From Macrostomum lignano (Eukaryota), in contig NIVC01001580.1 in NCBI GenBank assembly GCA_002269645.1, positions 114,003-178,002 on the forward strand: 64,000 bases of DNA. Reading direction: 5' to 3'. A program made the translations under genes and the position numbers. A model generated the notes under the pieces. The model ran no database searches, was not told the DNA's origin, and saw nothing but the letters and a program-made list of their open reading frames with translations. Shown piece by piece: positions 23,525 through 36,601 of this stretch (its first letter is position 1; each line of letters starts with the position of its first letter).

Positions 23525-23922
23525 ACGTATGAAACATTCACCGACACTTGTTCAGACACTTCTACAGACACTTTAGTTTCTGTCATACGAATTGTAGGAA
23601 CAAGCAATCAATTTGTTTATTCCTAACAAACTATCAGTAAAATGCTTTATTTTAAGCATTTTTTGCTTTATTTTATTAAATATGAATTAGGAAGTGTCCT
23701 GGACAAATTTAACATTCTTCTTCACGTGAAGAGAATCTATGCAGAATAACAAATTTCATGATTCATATTTAATAAAATAAAGCAAAAAAGCTTAAAATAA
23801 AGCATTTTACTGATAGTTTGTTAGGAATAAACAAATTTAATGCTTGTTTCTACAATTAGTATGACAGAAACTAAAGTGTCTGTAGAAGTGTCTGAATAAG
23901 TGTCGGTGAATGTTTCATACGT
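23525..23922. mobile_element. 398-bp fold-back MITE with ~165-bp inverted arms and 8-bp TSD
   Basis: Arm 23525-23690 (ACGTATGAAACATTCACCGACAC...) is the near-perfect reverse complement of 23760-23922. TGAATTTT flanks both sides (23517-23524 and 23923-23930). Confidence 0.88.
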
Positions 23923-25179
23923 TGAATTTTTCTAGATTCGTGTTTTAATAGCTCTTTGTTAGAATGCTCCAGTAGCTATTCTTTATATAATGTTATCTAT
24001 TTCCCAGATGCGGTTTTAGTAGCTTTTGTTACAATTTTCAATAGCATACAAACAAATCATTTTTGGTATATGGATGTAATTCCATAACTGTTTGAGTAGC
24101 TATTTGTTAGCGTGTTCCAAATTCTACATAAAATTATCTGCTTCTCAAGATGTTGGTTCTCGTAGCTTTTCTTTAGCATTTTCCCATATTCTTTATATTT
24201 TCTAGATGCGCTTTTTGCATGTAGTTGCGTGCTTAATTACTTAGAAGTTAGTTACATTTTACATTATTTTTATACGCGTGAGTGCCTTTTATCTTAAATA
24301 AGTTCTCTATACATGTACAGTACGTAGTCTTTAACACTATCTATAGATTTTTCTAATACTCTTAATCTCGCTATGTACTTTTGAAATAAAATATAGTTAG
24401 CAGTTTTCATCATTAAGACAAGTTAGTTTTTTAATGTAGATAGATTTTTTGCTGAATAAGGATTTTTTCCGCTAAATTCCGTTCAATGAATTGGTTTCAT
24501 TACAAAAAAGAATATATTCGAACAAAAACTCATATTAAGTCAGCATAAATTTAGTGAGAATACGACTGACGTTTATTTGCAAAAATAACACTTGTGGCAA
24601 ATACTTTGAATTGTTAAAACAACGATAACAAACAAGTGATTCTAGTCGACTCAGGATGAGAATCAATAAAGAAATTATAAATCCTAAACAGATGTACATG
24701 TACATGTCTAAAGTGCATCCAATCGCTGAATGATTTAAAATAAATGGTGCCCGCTGCTCAGCAGTAGGCGACGCTCACATTCTACATGTTAAAGTAAATA
24801 AGCAAGTTTTTTTTCGAGCTCCTGGCCCTCAAAAATTGAAACTAGCTATAATAACGTTGATGAATAAAAATACATGTACCTGTATTGAAAAAAGACAGCA
24901 GAAACTGGCTAAATCTAGGTGATCTGCAGATTACTATAGACTAACGCAGCTATTTCACATGCTCTCAAATGGAGATCCACAGAATGGCGCGTGAAATTAA
25001 ACAATTAAATGTCGGCGTATAGCTGGAAAATTTTGGTTGCGACTTGTGCGATTTACGTACATGTTTGCCAACCCTAATACATGTATCACAGAGAGTATAC
25101 AATGCTTGACAATATGAAAGTCAAGGTCGCGGTGCACCCTGTGAGTGTTTCTGCATTCTCTAACTACTCGTATAACGAA

Positions 25180-25204
25180 CTAACTAACTAAGTAACTAAC
25201 TAAG

Positions 25205-25235
<31 letters not shown>

Positions 25236-25276
25236 GTAAATAACTAACTAACTAACTAACTTACTTACTAACTAAA

Positions 25277-25351
<75 letters not shown>

Positions 25352-25352
25352 A

Positions 25353-25397
<45 letters not shown>

Positions 25398-25412
25398 TAC
25401 TTACTAACTAAA

Positions 25413-25457
<45 letters not shown>

Positions 25458-25472
25458 TACTTACTAACTAAA

Positions 25473-25521
<49 letters not shown>

Positions 25522-25541
25522 TACTTACTTACTAACTAAAC

Positions 25542-25599
<58 letters not shown>

Positions 25600-25600
25600 T

Positions 25601-25655
<55 letters not shown>

Positions 25656-25656
25656 T

Positions 25657-25687
<31 letters not shown>

Positions 25688-25688
25688 T

Positions 25689-25734
<46 letters not shown>

Positions 25735-25810
25735 GCTAACTAACTAACTAACTAACTAGCTGATTGACTAACAAACAAAGTAACTATCTTGCTAACTATC
25801 TTACTAACTA
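25180..25810. repeat. (TAAC)n tetranucleotide microsatellite, ~630 bp
   Basis: Seen directly, immediately 3' of the LRRC45 stop codon. Confidence 0.98.
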
Positions 25811-25956
25811 ATTAAAAATTACAAAATTGGTAAAAAATGACTTATTTTAAACTTGTCCACTGCGTTACCAGCGTAGAATGCCTTCATTGCTCCGTTCAAG
25901 TTCTCCAAACATTGCTGGAGTGGCAGCGGAAGGTTAATATTGTATACATTTTTGTT

Positions 25957-26860
25957 CTACTCGCTGTTGGCAGCCTTGGCGCTGCCGCCCCTCCTGCAGA
26001 ACTGCATGACGGCTGTCTGCAGCGCTGCTGCCCGCGCCTCTTCGTCCTCGCGCCATCGACGCAGCTCCTCGCCCCTGGCGTTCAGCCGCTCCTGCAGCAC
26101 CGCCAGCTGCGTGTCCTTGGCAGCCAGCTGTTCGCGAGACTCGTCACGGCAGCGCTGCAGCTCCGACTTCAAGCTGGCAATCTCTTCGTGCAGCTCTTTC
26201 TGACTGCGGCGTTCAGCCTCGAGCGAGTTCAGCCGCTCCTGGTGGTTTTGTTTAGGTTGTTTGTTGTTTTTTTTAAAGTGCTTGTTTACACCGCACGCCT
26301 TGAATTGAAGCATGGCAATTTCAAACCTCAAAGCATCGACTTCCATAGATCATTTTTGTTCACTGATATCTGATAGCAAAGTTTTGATAATAAAGTGATG
26401 TCGCTAAAGGCGTTGAGCCACTTTGTGCCCACAGCCTCGATTCTATAAATTATAATCATTAACGAGTGACCCAGAGTTTCACAAATATTTTTAAAACGAC
26501 TGATTCTCATTGATCACTCGAAAGCAAGGTTACTCTCGTATAAAGCTATTCTAATAGAATCGGTTCAATAACGATCTTTAGACTCTTCAAATCGAAGCTT
26601 GAAAATGAGGCTTAAGCAGGGCTGGCCATAGACTATCTCTGCCATTACAAACATTTCTATGGCTTACAATGACTTGGCTGTATACTGTACTGTACACTGT
26701 ATACGGTCGAGCTATTATAACAAAAAGTAGTTGCAGCTAATACTACTACTACTACAACTACAACTACTACTACTACTACTACTACTACAACTACAACTAC
26801 TACTACTACTACTACTACCACTACTACTAATACTGCTACTACTACAACTACAACTACTAT

Positions 26861-26892
<32 letters not shown>

Positions 26893-26893
26893 G

Positions 26894-26945
<52 letters not shown>

Positions 26946-27629
26946 GCCACAGAAGCTTCAAAATACATGTAATACGTACAGTTTATTAGGGCTTTGTGAG
27001 TATGTGGGATACTCACGAGCTCACGGCATTTGACTGCTCTCTACTTTCAACTCAAATAATTTTAAACCCAACATCTACCCGTGGCCGCGGGCTATAGTAC
27101 GAGCTATTGTATATAGTTTCCCTAGTTATCAATCAGCAAACAAGACAGCCCCGCAGTGACTCACCTGCATCTCCAGCCGTACCCGGGCCGCCTCAGCGTG
27201 GCCCTCGGCCCTCGCCGCTGCCAGCTGCGTTGCCGCATCCTCCAGACGCCTCTTGCCGGCTTCCACCTCTGCCTGCTGGGCCGCCTGCGCCCGCTGCTGC
27301 TCCGCCAGCTGAGCCGCCAGGGCCGCCGCCCGCCCGGCCGCCTCCTCCTTGCCCGACTGCAGCAGCCGCGCTCGCTCCTCCAGCGCCGCCACTCGCTGCT
27401 CCTCCTCGGCCCTGAGCCGCGCCCGCAGCCCCGCCTGAGCCTCTTCGGCTGCCAGCTTCTCCGACTGCAGCTGCGCCCGGAGTCGCGCCGTCTCCGATTC
27501 CAAATCGGCGCGTTCCCGGTCAGCGCGCGCCTGTCGGTCTCGATGGGCTCTGTCCGAGGATTCGAACTCCGCACGCAGCTGGTTGAGCTGTGGGTTTTAG
27601 GGATTAGTAGTAGTAGTAGTGGTAGTAGC

Positions 27630-27691
<62 letters not shown>

Positions 27692-30600
27692 CAGTAGTAG
27701 TAGTAGTAGTAGTAGCAGTAGCTCACCTCCCGATCCCGCGCGCTCTCCATCTCCAGCAGCTGGTCCCTGCACTGCTGCCGCTCCGTCTGCAGACGCTCGT
27801 CCAGCTCCGCCTGTCGCAGGCGCTTCTCCGCTTGCACGGCGGCCACTTCCTCACGCAGCTCCAAGTTGGCCGCCTTCAACTGCTCAGCCCGCTGCTCACT
27901 GTCCGCCACCTGGGCCTCCAGCTGGGCGCACTTCACCGTCAGGTTGTCAAACTCCTTGCGCAGCCCGGCCTCCTGCTGCTGCCGATCTTCGCGCTGGCGC
28001 TGCATCTCCAGTGCGTGCGAGCGGATCAGCTCCTCCTTGTCCAGCAGCATCTGCTGCAGGCTCTTCTGCAGCTCGGTGTACTTTGTCTCCACCACGGCCA
28101 GCTGCGACTCGGCAAGGGACAGCCTGGGCGGACAGTTGAGGGTTCGGCTGTGTCAGGGGCGTGACCGGGGGGGGGGGCAAGGCTGCCCACATTATGGCAA
28201 CACTGTACAGCAGGTTTGGCACTTTTGCTTCTAATTTTAGTAGCTCCCAACAACTTTTTTTGCTTTGAAACCACCGCCGCTGGCGCCCCTGGTGCTAAAA
28301 CCCCATGGTGCTAAAGCTCCTGGTGCTAAAACCCCTAGTGCTAAAACCCCATGGTGCTAAAACCCCTAGTGCTAAAACCCCATGGTGCTAAAACCCCTGG
28401 TGCTAAAACCCCATGGTGCTAAAACCCCATGGTGCTAAAACCCCATGGTGCTAAAACCCCTGGTGCTAAAACCCCATGGTGCTAAAACCCCATGGTGCTA
28501 AAACCCCATGGTGCTAAAACCCCTGGTGCTAAAACCCCATGGTGCTAAAAACCCCATGGTGCTAAAACCCCATGGTGCTAAAACCCCATGGTGCTAAAAC
28601 CCCTGGTGCTAAAGCCCCTGATGCTAAAGTCCCTGGTGCTAAAGTCCCTGGTGCTAAAGTCCCTGGTGCTAAAGCCCCTGGTGCTAAAGCCCCTGGTGTT
28701 AAAGCCCCCTGGTGCTAAAGCCCCTGATCCTAAATCCCGATATTCAATCTATGTATACAAAAAGCGTTCAGGTTAACTTTTATTAGGCAAGTGAGTTCTC
28801 AGTTTTTGACTTATTCATCAAACTCATATCCAAAGTCTCACTTTGCCTGCTGCTGGCTGAACAGGAACTTCTTCTCATCCAGAAGGCTCTGCAGCTGCTG
28901 GATTCGCTGGTGGCTTCGGTGCGACTGCTGGCGCATCGAGCTCTCCGTGTTGTCGAGTCGAGTCAGCAGTTTTGACACCTGTTGGCAATAGATGAGGTAA
29001 TGGACACTGGCATGAACTTTTGATTCTTAACTTTTATTCAATTAGTTGGTCCCCGTTGCAACTCGTATCCAAGGAATCAAAAACCGCTGCTATGCGACTC
29101 GTATCCAAGGAATCATAAACCGTTGCTATGCGACTCGTATCCAAGGAATCATAAACCGTTGCTATGCAACTCGTATCCAAGGAATCTCTAAAACCGTTGC
29201 TATGCAACTCGTATCCAAGGAATCACAAACAGTTGCTATGCGACACGTATCCAAGGAATCCATAAAACCGTTGCTATGCAACTGGTATCCAAGAAATCAT
29301 AAACCGTTGCTATGAGACTCGTATCCAAGGAATCAAAAACCGTTGCTATGCAACTCGTATCCAAGAAATCTATAAAACTGTTGCTATGCGACGCGTATCC
29401 AAGGCATCACAAACCGTTGCTATGCGACTCGTATCCAAGGAATCTCTAAAACCGTTGCTATGCAACTCGTATCCAAGGAATAACAAACAGTTGCTATGCA
29501 ACACGTATCCAAGGAATCATAAACCGTTGCTATGCGACTCGTATCCAAGGAATCATAAACCGCTGCTATGCGACTCGTATCCAAGGAATCATAAACCGCT
29601 GCTATGCGACTCGTATCTAAGTAATCTATAAAACCGTTGCTATGCGACTCGTATCCAAGGAATCTCTAAAACCGTTGCTATGCAACTCGTATCCAAGAAA
29701 TCACAAACCGTTGCTATGCAACACGTATCCAAGAAATCTATAAAACCTTTGCTATGGGACTCGTATCCAAGGGTATTATCCTGTTGCTATGTCTCCCATT
29801 TGATTCATTTGTTATAAAGCTTTATGTGTAGCAAGGAGATTGAGCTTTGAGTTACTATAGCAACCAAGAGGCAAATCACCTCGCGCTTCTGCTCCCGATC
29901 TCTGGCGTTCAGCTGCTCAGACAGCATCATTGAGCGCTGCGCGAGGCCTGACGACGACCTGGCGACCTCCTCGTTGTGCCCGGCGGCAATTTCGATGGCT
30001 CTGGTCAGGTCCTGCGGCACGTTGTTGCCCGTCAGGTCCAGGCGGGCCAGGGTTCGATTCTTCGACATGCCGCTCAGCAGCTCGCGGGCGCCGAGGAGTC
30101 CCACTGTATTCCAGCGAAGGTCTGGGAGGTTCGCGGGATGAGCTCGCTTAACCTGACTGACTCAACCTGACTGACTCAACCTGACTGACTCACCGATAAC
30201 AGTGAGACTGGAGTTACATCGAACGACCTTGGCGAGGTCAGAGGCGCACTCGTGGTTCAGCTGGTTGTTTCGCAAATCCAAAATTTCCAAGCCGGAATTT
30301 TTTGCCAGGCCGTCGCAAAACGCGGCGAAGGATTTCTCGAGCATGCCGAGCTGGTTCCACTCGAGGATCAGGCTGCGGGCAAGCATTTAAAAGTCATTTG
30401 TTTGGTGCGAATTCAAAAAGGATAATGCAAAATCTTTGAATGTTATTTAAAGTTTCTTTCAAGTGATGAACATTTATGTGACTAACTAGGATCAAAACAC
30501 GGATGTCAAAACAGTCAAGTTGAATGTCAGGATAGTCAAATTGGATGTCAGGATAGTCAAACTGGATGTCAGGATAGTCAAACTGGATGTCAGGATAGTC

Positions 30601-32387
30601 AAACTGGATGTCAGGATAGTCAAACTGGATGTCAGGATAGTCAAACTGGATGTCAGGATAGTCAAACTGGATGTCAGGATAGTCAAAATGGATGTCAGGA
30701 TAGTCAAACTGGATGTCAGGATAGTCAAACTGGATGTCAGGATAGTCAAACTGGATGTCAGGATAGTCAAATTGGATGTCAGAATAGTCAAACTGGATGT
30801 CAGGATAGTCAAACTGGATGTCAGGATAGTCAAACTGGATGTCAGGATAGTCAAACTGGATGTCAGGATAGTCAAACTGGATGTCAGGATAGTCAAACTG
30901 GATGTCAGGATAGTCAAACTGGATGTCAGGACAGTCAAACTGGATGTCAGGATAGTCAAACTGGATGTCAGGATAGTCAAACTGGATGTCAGGATAGTCA
31001 AACTGGATGTCAGGATAGTCAAACTGGATGTCAGGATAGTCAAACTGGATGTCAGGATAGTCAAACCGAATGCTAGAGCAATTGCTCAAAACCTTTCTTT
31101 ACATTGGACAATACCGCACATCCTCATCCGCTCACCATTTCAGCGACTCATTGTGCTCCAAATAGCTGCCCAGCAGTTCCACTGTCCTGCCGCGAATCCC
31201 GTTGCCCTTGAGGTCGAGCCGACGGCAGAACGCATTCGTGCGCAGGCCGCCAATGATGGCTCGAAGGGCTGTCGGGGATGGAGAATGTTATTGATGAAGC
31301 TCCAAAGATGAACAAGAATTGTGTCAGAATCTTTCTGGGGAGTAGGTTGAGTTGAATACATATACTCGTAACTACCTAATCTGACAAATAAAACTGGCTG
31401 CAGAACAGAACAAATTTAGTTGACTCACCTTCTTCAGAAAGCTGGCAGTCAGCAAAGCTGACCTCATCAAAACAGGAGTCCACGCTGAGACATTCGGCCA
31501 ATATTCCGGCCGACTCTGCACTCACTGATGCATTGGTGAGGTTCAGGACTAAGCCCTCTGTGCTTGTGGACACTGGTGCTCTAGATGTTAGGTTTGTAAT
31601 GTTTTTTAGTATTTACTTGGCTTATAATTTACATAATAATAGTGCACCATGTCTTACACGTGTATTATTTTTTATACTATACATAATACAGTGTATTCTT
31701 TATATTCTATTATATAAAACACTATAACCACAATACTAAAATGGTTTGTCCATATATTGGAGCATATATTTTTCATTTTTATTTAATACATTTAAACATA
31801 TTTATATCATTTTATTCATTTCTTTCAGTAGCTGGTATCATCAAAGTATATTTTCTGTATTTTCTCAAGTTTATTTCAGAATTATTATATTTTAATGTAT
31901 AATTTTTAATTTTATAATGACATAATTATAAAGCCATAGCTTGTAAAAAGCATATATAAGCATACTGCATTCAATATGCATCCAACCTTAAAAGACAATA
32001 AAGTCAAGAAGTAAAATCTGTCTCACTGTGAGAAAGCCTTTTTTCCAAATACTCTAAAACATAGAAGTATAAGTGCTCATAATACAATGTGAAACTATGC
32101 TCAAAATAAGGAATCTGAATAAATTATTGATACGATGAAATTTATTTGGACAAAGTTTTCTGTTGTCCATAGTATTAGATTGAAACCAGGTCAAAGCAGA
32201 ATATGATTGGTTGTTTGATCAGTATTGAATGTTTTTCTATTCAAGAGTCGTACCTTTTAATTGCTAAAATAATGTGGTCGTTCGGCTTAATTTCATTCTT
32301 AAAGCAGAGTTGCTGATACAAAGCCAAGAACTCGGTTTGATTGGGCTGCGCGGCATTGCCTTGATTTGAATAATTATTGTCTTCCAT
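25957..32387 (-). CDS. LRRC45: Leucine-rich repeat-containing protein 45 (centrosome linker), 9 exons: 32387-32254, 31580-31429, 31268-31136, 30372-30194, 30121-29880, 28978-28842, 28123-27727, 27587-27165, 26238-25957
   Basis: All junctions are GT-AG and phase-compatible, totalling 2079 nt = 692 aa + stop. Peptides EFLALYQQLC, FADCQLSEEG, RLDLKGNGIR, LILEWNQLG, LDLRNNQLNH, DLRWNTVGLLGARELL, LDLTGNNVP and the C-terminal EDEEARAAALQTAVMQF match LRRC45 as I recall it: an RI-like LRR followed by a long coiled coil. Confidence 0.93.
26737..26945. repeat. (CTA)n/(CAA) microsatellite in LRRC45 intron 8
   Basis: Seen directly. Confidence 0.97.
27605..27721. repeat. (TAG)n microsatellite in LRRC45 intron 7, reverse-complementary to the intron-8 (CTA)n tract
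   Basis: Seen directly. Confidence 0.97.
28154..28291. mobile_element. MITE-like segment with CAGGGGCG/CGCCCCTG termini in LRRC45 intron 6
   Basis: 8-bp inverted termini shared with the 5081-5356 element, with a G-run subterminus. No TSD is visible, so the right end is uncertain. Confidence 0.45.
28283..28727. repeat. 15-16-bp minisatellite (GGTGCTAAAACCCC(A/C)T) in LRRC45 intron 6
   Basis: About 28 tandem units seen directly. Confidence 0.95.
29054..29775. repeat. ~36-bp minisatellite (GTTGCTATGCGACTCGTATCCAAGGAATCATAAACC) in LRRC45 intron 5
   Basis: About 20 tandem units seen directly. Confidence 0.95.
30501..31066. repeat. 21-bp minisatellite (GGATGTCAGGATAGTCAAACT) in LRRC45 intron 3
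   Basis: About 27 near-identical units. Accounts for the FDYPDIQ/LDVRIVK repeat ORFs. Confidence 0.97.
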
Positions 32388-33297
32388 GTAGTTTTTATAC
32401 CTCTATTTTTGCTGTTGTCCAGGGGTGTAGCATAGTTTTATTTATGGTAGCAGGGTAAACAATTTGATGTTTAGTGGGATCGCAAAACGGTAAACCTAAA
32501 AAAATGAGGTTAAGTAAGCAGATTAAAAAGGTAAAAGACTCAGAATAAGTACGTAATTTTGCTTATTTTTATACCTTAATAAAACACTAGAGTAAAAAAT
32601 TACGTCCCTAATTAAAGAAAACAAGTTTCAGATTTTAATTTACTATTTTTGCATTTCGCTTTGTTATATTTTTATAATTAGCAAATGTTATACTTTTTAG
32701 CCGCTAATTGTAACACCGGCGACGTGGGGGGTGCAATTCTGGCGCTCTGATCACAAGCTCATGTCCTTTCATCTGATGGCCGTGCGTAGCGCAAATCATA
32801 TCATGTGGAGACAAAACTCCACGAGCACTAGTTAGAAATTTAAGCTTATCATGCAGCGACTCGCCCTGCTGGGGGAAATCTATGCATGCAATATATCAGT
32901 CTTCGCGCCAACCATCCACGATCACGTCGTACCAGAAGCGAATGAATTTGCAACTGTAGGGGGCAGATTTTAGCATTTCTGATACTAATAAAAAGCCTCG
33001 AGAGATGCCAGTGACTTGAACACATTTCTAATAATGGATACATGTTACATTTACATGTTAGCCGATTGTACATTTGTCGCACAAGCACAGTGCAGTTGCT
33101 CGCATGATGCCAACAAACAGCAAGCTGAGTCTTAACAGCTCGCCTGCTTCAAAGCCATGCACTCGCAGCCACGAGCTGATGCGAGGAAAAGAAGCACTCA
33201 TGGCCACAGCCACACCGAAGAGCCGTGGCAAACTGCTTTTTGTGGCAAGAAACCACAGATGACGACGCCTTCGTCTCTTGATCCCAACTATAGCAGA

Positions 33298-33372
33298 TTC
33301 TAGTGTCTGTTCTATTCAGTCTAGCAGTACTGTGCTATTTGTTCTATCAGCATTTTTCTGTCTGTTCTATAG
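33298..33372. repeat. Decayed relic of the 23-bp TATCAGTATTGTGCTGTCTGTTC satellite upstream of FReD copy 1
   Basis: GTCTGTTCTAT, GTACTGTGCT and GTTCTATCAGCA fragments match the arrays at 38.9 kb and 46.7 kb. Confidence 0.6.
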
Positions 33373-33783
33373 TTTATAATCTATATTAGTTTATATCTTT
33401 TAATTGTTCAGTAGGCGATATGCACTGAAAGCAGAAACATAGAAAAGCCAACAAGTAACGTTATGAAATTTTATTGTTTACACGATGTAGAACGCCTGAC
33501 GCAGAAACCGATCGAGGTCTGAGAAAAGCCGATGCGACGTTACGCATGCGCCGGTTGACAGCCATCTCTAAAAATGCCTGGAACCGCTGCGGTCGGCAGT
33601 CACGCGCCGCACGCAGATCTTGAAATTTTTACTGTTCGCAGAAACTTCAACTGGTGCAGCACAAGTGCACCGGCACTAAACAGCTAGACTTTGGCTGAGG
33701 GTTCGGATGCACCCAGCTGAGGCTTTGACTGACTCACGCCATGTCTATTGGACGGCATGCCCCCCTAAAACTGCATTGAGCTC

Positions 33784-33790
33784 TATATAA
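33784..33790 (+). promoter_or_regulatory. TATA box of FReD copy 1
   Basis: TATATAA in the conserved context GAGCTCTATATAAGCC, shared with copy 2, ~140 bp upstream of the (mutated) start. Confidence 0.55.
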
Positions 33791-33928
33791 GCCGATGCAG
33801 CGCACAGCCCGCATTTCGCTTCTGACTTGGCTGCGTTCAATCTGCGAGACACAGCAGCAGTATTCTATTGTGCAAATCAAAGCAATAAAGCTTAACTGCA
33901 TTCAGGCCCTACGCTTGCATCTCAAGCC

Positions 33929-36601
33929 ATACAGCTCTTTCAGTTGCGAGTTTCTGCAGCGTTGGCTCTGCTGCTCTGCTCGCTGGCAGCCGGCCAGGTC
34001 TCCCAGTGCGCTCCCGCTGACTCTCCGCGGCTCCGCTTCGTGGCGCAGCTCAGCGTGAACGGCTGCGCGCTGTTCGTGCACGACACGGGAGCGAGCGACG
34101 GTCCGCACTTGGCAGTCGAGCCGCTCATGTGCGTGACGGACAGCCTGAGAGGCATTGTTCCCCGATTCGACTTCATCACCCAGCAGCTGTACTTCAGCGT
34201 TCCTGTATTGATGAGGGATGCTGGGATGCTCGCAGAGGCTCAGCGTCAACTGCGGCATCTGTCAACGAGGTTTGTGAGCTTTGCCACGGTGACCAACATC
34301 AGCGTCTCAGCCGACAACCGCTCATCAATTCGGGCTTTGGGCTTCCTGTGGACTCCGGATGAGCCAGTAGCCACTCTGAGACTCGGCTTTGGGCAAAAAA
34401 CAGAAAAGAAATTCTAAATCAGCGAAAAAACATGTCAGGACTGGTGAATATCAACCAAATGAAATTTTTTTGTTAACAAGCGCCAAGATAAACGATCGAG
34501 AAAAAATTGAAAATTCCGCAATCGAGACTCTTTGAAAACTAAAACTCTCCGCTACTCTTCTGTCGAATGGCTGTTTCCACGAGGTTCAGAGCAGCTTCAT
34601 GCTGCAAAACGACAGCTTAATTGAAGTTGGCTTCTACAGAAAAAGGTTCCTACCCCTGTGCTCCGTATCCCCTGAGCTGCTATTCATTCGGTACGTCAAT
34701 CACGATAACTGCTCTGCCCGAGTGCACCAGAGACTCGACATCAAGGGCCACTTCCTCATCGAGCCTCTGCTGTGCCACAACATCTCCAGCTTGAGCAGCG
34801 AGTCAGTCAGGTATGACTACAGCCGAGACATGCACTACCTGAAGCTGGATCTGGTGCTGCAAGATGAGGCCACACGCGATGCTGTGAGGACTCAGTTGGC
34901 CGACTTGTCGCCTCGCTCGGTCGACTTCATGCGGCTGTGGACTGCTGAGAGATCGGTGAGCTCTTTGTTGAGTGCTCGGTTCGAGGTAGGTCCGCTGATG
35001 GCGTCGGCAGACTGGAGGTCCGCTCAGCTGCGGCTGCTCTGTGGAACCTTGACGAAGTGCCGCGATCTCAGGTTGGCTGACATGCTTGTGAGCTTCTGAT
35101 GCCTTATTCTAGACTAGAATTTACATGTATTCATGCGAATGTCACTTTCAGTACGAGACTAGAGTTTGTTACGGTTTTATTTTGTAGTGTTTTGGTTTTT
35201 AGCCGTCAAATTAGATAATGATCTGAATTGGTCCAAACAGCTGCCAACAGCTTCACTGACACTGACTTCCAGGACTGCTGTGCTGGCGGAGCCCGCTGAC
35301 CTGTGGCGACACGTGCAGTGGCGGGTGACTTCGCTGGTTGCTTAGCAGTGCCTCTTCAATTCCAGCCGAATCACTTCATCATGGAAAATGAAATCGTCTG
35401 TAGCAGCTATAGGTGCTCCAGCCCGAAGTCCTGTGCCAAGCTGCAATGCGCCTCTGCTCAACACACAGCGTACCCTTCCAGTGCGTTTCAACTGCAGCCA
35501 GACGGTCGCTGCTTCCTGAAGATTCAGCAGCGACTTACTGGCAGAGTGAGTTTCCAACGAGACTGGACTGAGTACGAGACTGGGTTCGGTGACCGCACGG
35601 ACTTCTGGATCGGTGAGCGGCAGTTTTGTATCAACTAATATTTGTGACGGGTGTCATAACAGATCTTGTCCATCTTATGACAGAGTGCTAGCTGACTCAA
35701 GCGCTTTCAATTGATGCGAGATGGATGCACAGCAGAGTACATTTACAGAAAGGAGTTAGATGTCTACTTTACACTAGGCTTGCTCCCTGGACCTCAGTGT
35801 AAATTCTGCTAACCCCCAACCCCATTGCGCCTCCTCTCCTCCGCGTGCCGTAGGGTTTCAAGCCTCTTGTTCACAGGCTCGGCCTGACTCCTATTGCTCC
35901 GACTCCAATTTTACTTTGCTGTCGCTGCTTCGCGCTCCCTGCCACCCGGCTGCCTTTGCCTTCTGCCTCTGCTGGTGGGTTGCGGATCCTTCTGTTATCA
36001 GCTGAGCCATCAACTCATCATCAACTAATATGACACTAAAAATGATGATCAAAAACGACTGCAGCCACTCAGAAGGAAGAGAGAGAGAGAAAGAGAGCGA
36101 TCTCTGGTGGTTGTCCATAAGGAGCGTCACTGCAGGCTGACAGTGTGACTGAAGTGACTCAGACTCAGCCGCTCTCCTCCCGCAGGTCTCTCCGCCATCC
36201 ACTCGCTCAGCCAGGGCGGCGCCACCCTCAGAGTGGAGATGAAGCTGTGGAACGGCTCTGAGCTGCATTCGGAGTACGCGGGATTCCAGGTGGGAGACGC
36301 CAGCACTGGGTATCGGATGACGTACCGAGAGATGCTGAGGGACAGGTCCAGTGTCAGCTTTGACGCTTTGAAGACCCAGAAAGGCATGCGGTTCTCCACG
36401 GCGAAGTGGTAACTGTGGAGTTCTGAATGCTCTGACAGAAATGGAGGGAGAAACAGAAGAAGTGGAGGCTGGTGGTTTACAAACTGCTATTATACCAACC
36501 CTAACGGAGCCTATTTTCCTTCAGTTGCTCCAGTTCCGGTCTGGTACTCTGGCTCTGCTCTGCTGTCTCTGTGTGAAGTGCGACTGATGCTGCAGGTTTG
36601 A
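33929..36601 (+). pseudogene. Fibrinogen-related domain (FReD) gene copy 1, pseudogene; exons ~33929-35071, 35273-35612, 36186-36601
   Basis: Near-identical to copy 2 over the signal peptide and domain 1, with the same splice sites. Lesions: start ATG>ATA (33929), stop/frameshift near 34417, GAG>TAG near 35345, and indel/stop near 36410. FReD motifs FQRDWTEYETGFG, FWIG, GMRFST and GGWWFTNCY remain. Confidence 0.88.

Noticed and set aside
25180-25810. Telomere-like repeat
   Set aside because: The unit is TAAC, not TTAGGG or TTAGG, and it is interstitial next to a gene end.
25957-26346. ORF-track start MEVDALRFEIAMLQ as the LRRC45 last exon
   Set aside because: The acceptor accag|GAGCGG at 26238 gives the in-phase, homologous continuation, so the upstream part is intron.
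29054-29775. 36-bp repeat of CRISPR-like length
   Set aside because: Units are contiguous with no unique spacers, there are no cas genes, and the context is a eukaryotic intron.
30394-31311. Repeat ORFs (FDYPDIQ)n, (LTILTSS)n, (LDVRIVK)n
   Set aside because: They come from the 21-bp minisatellite inside LRRC45 intron 3.
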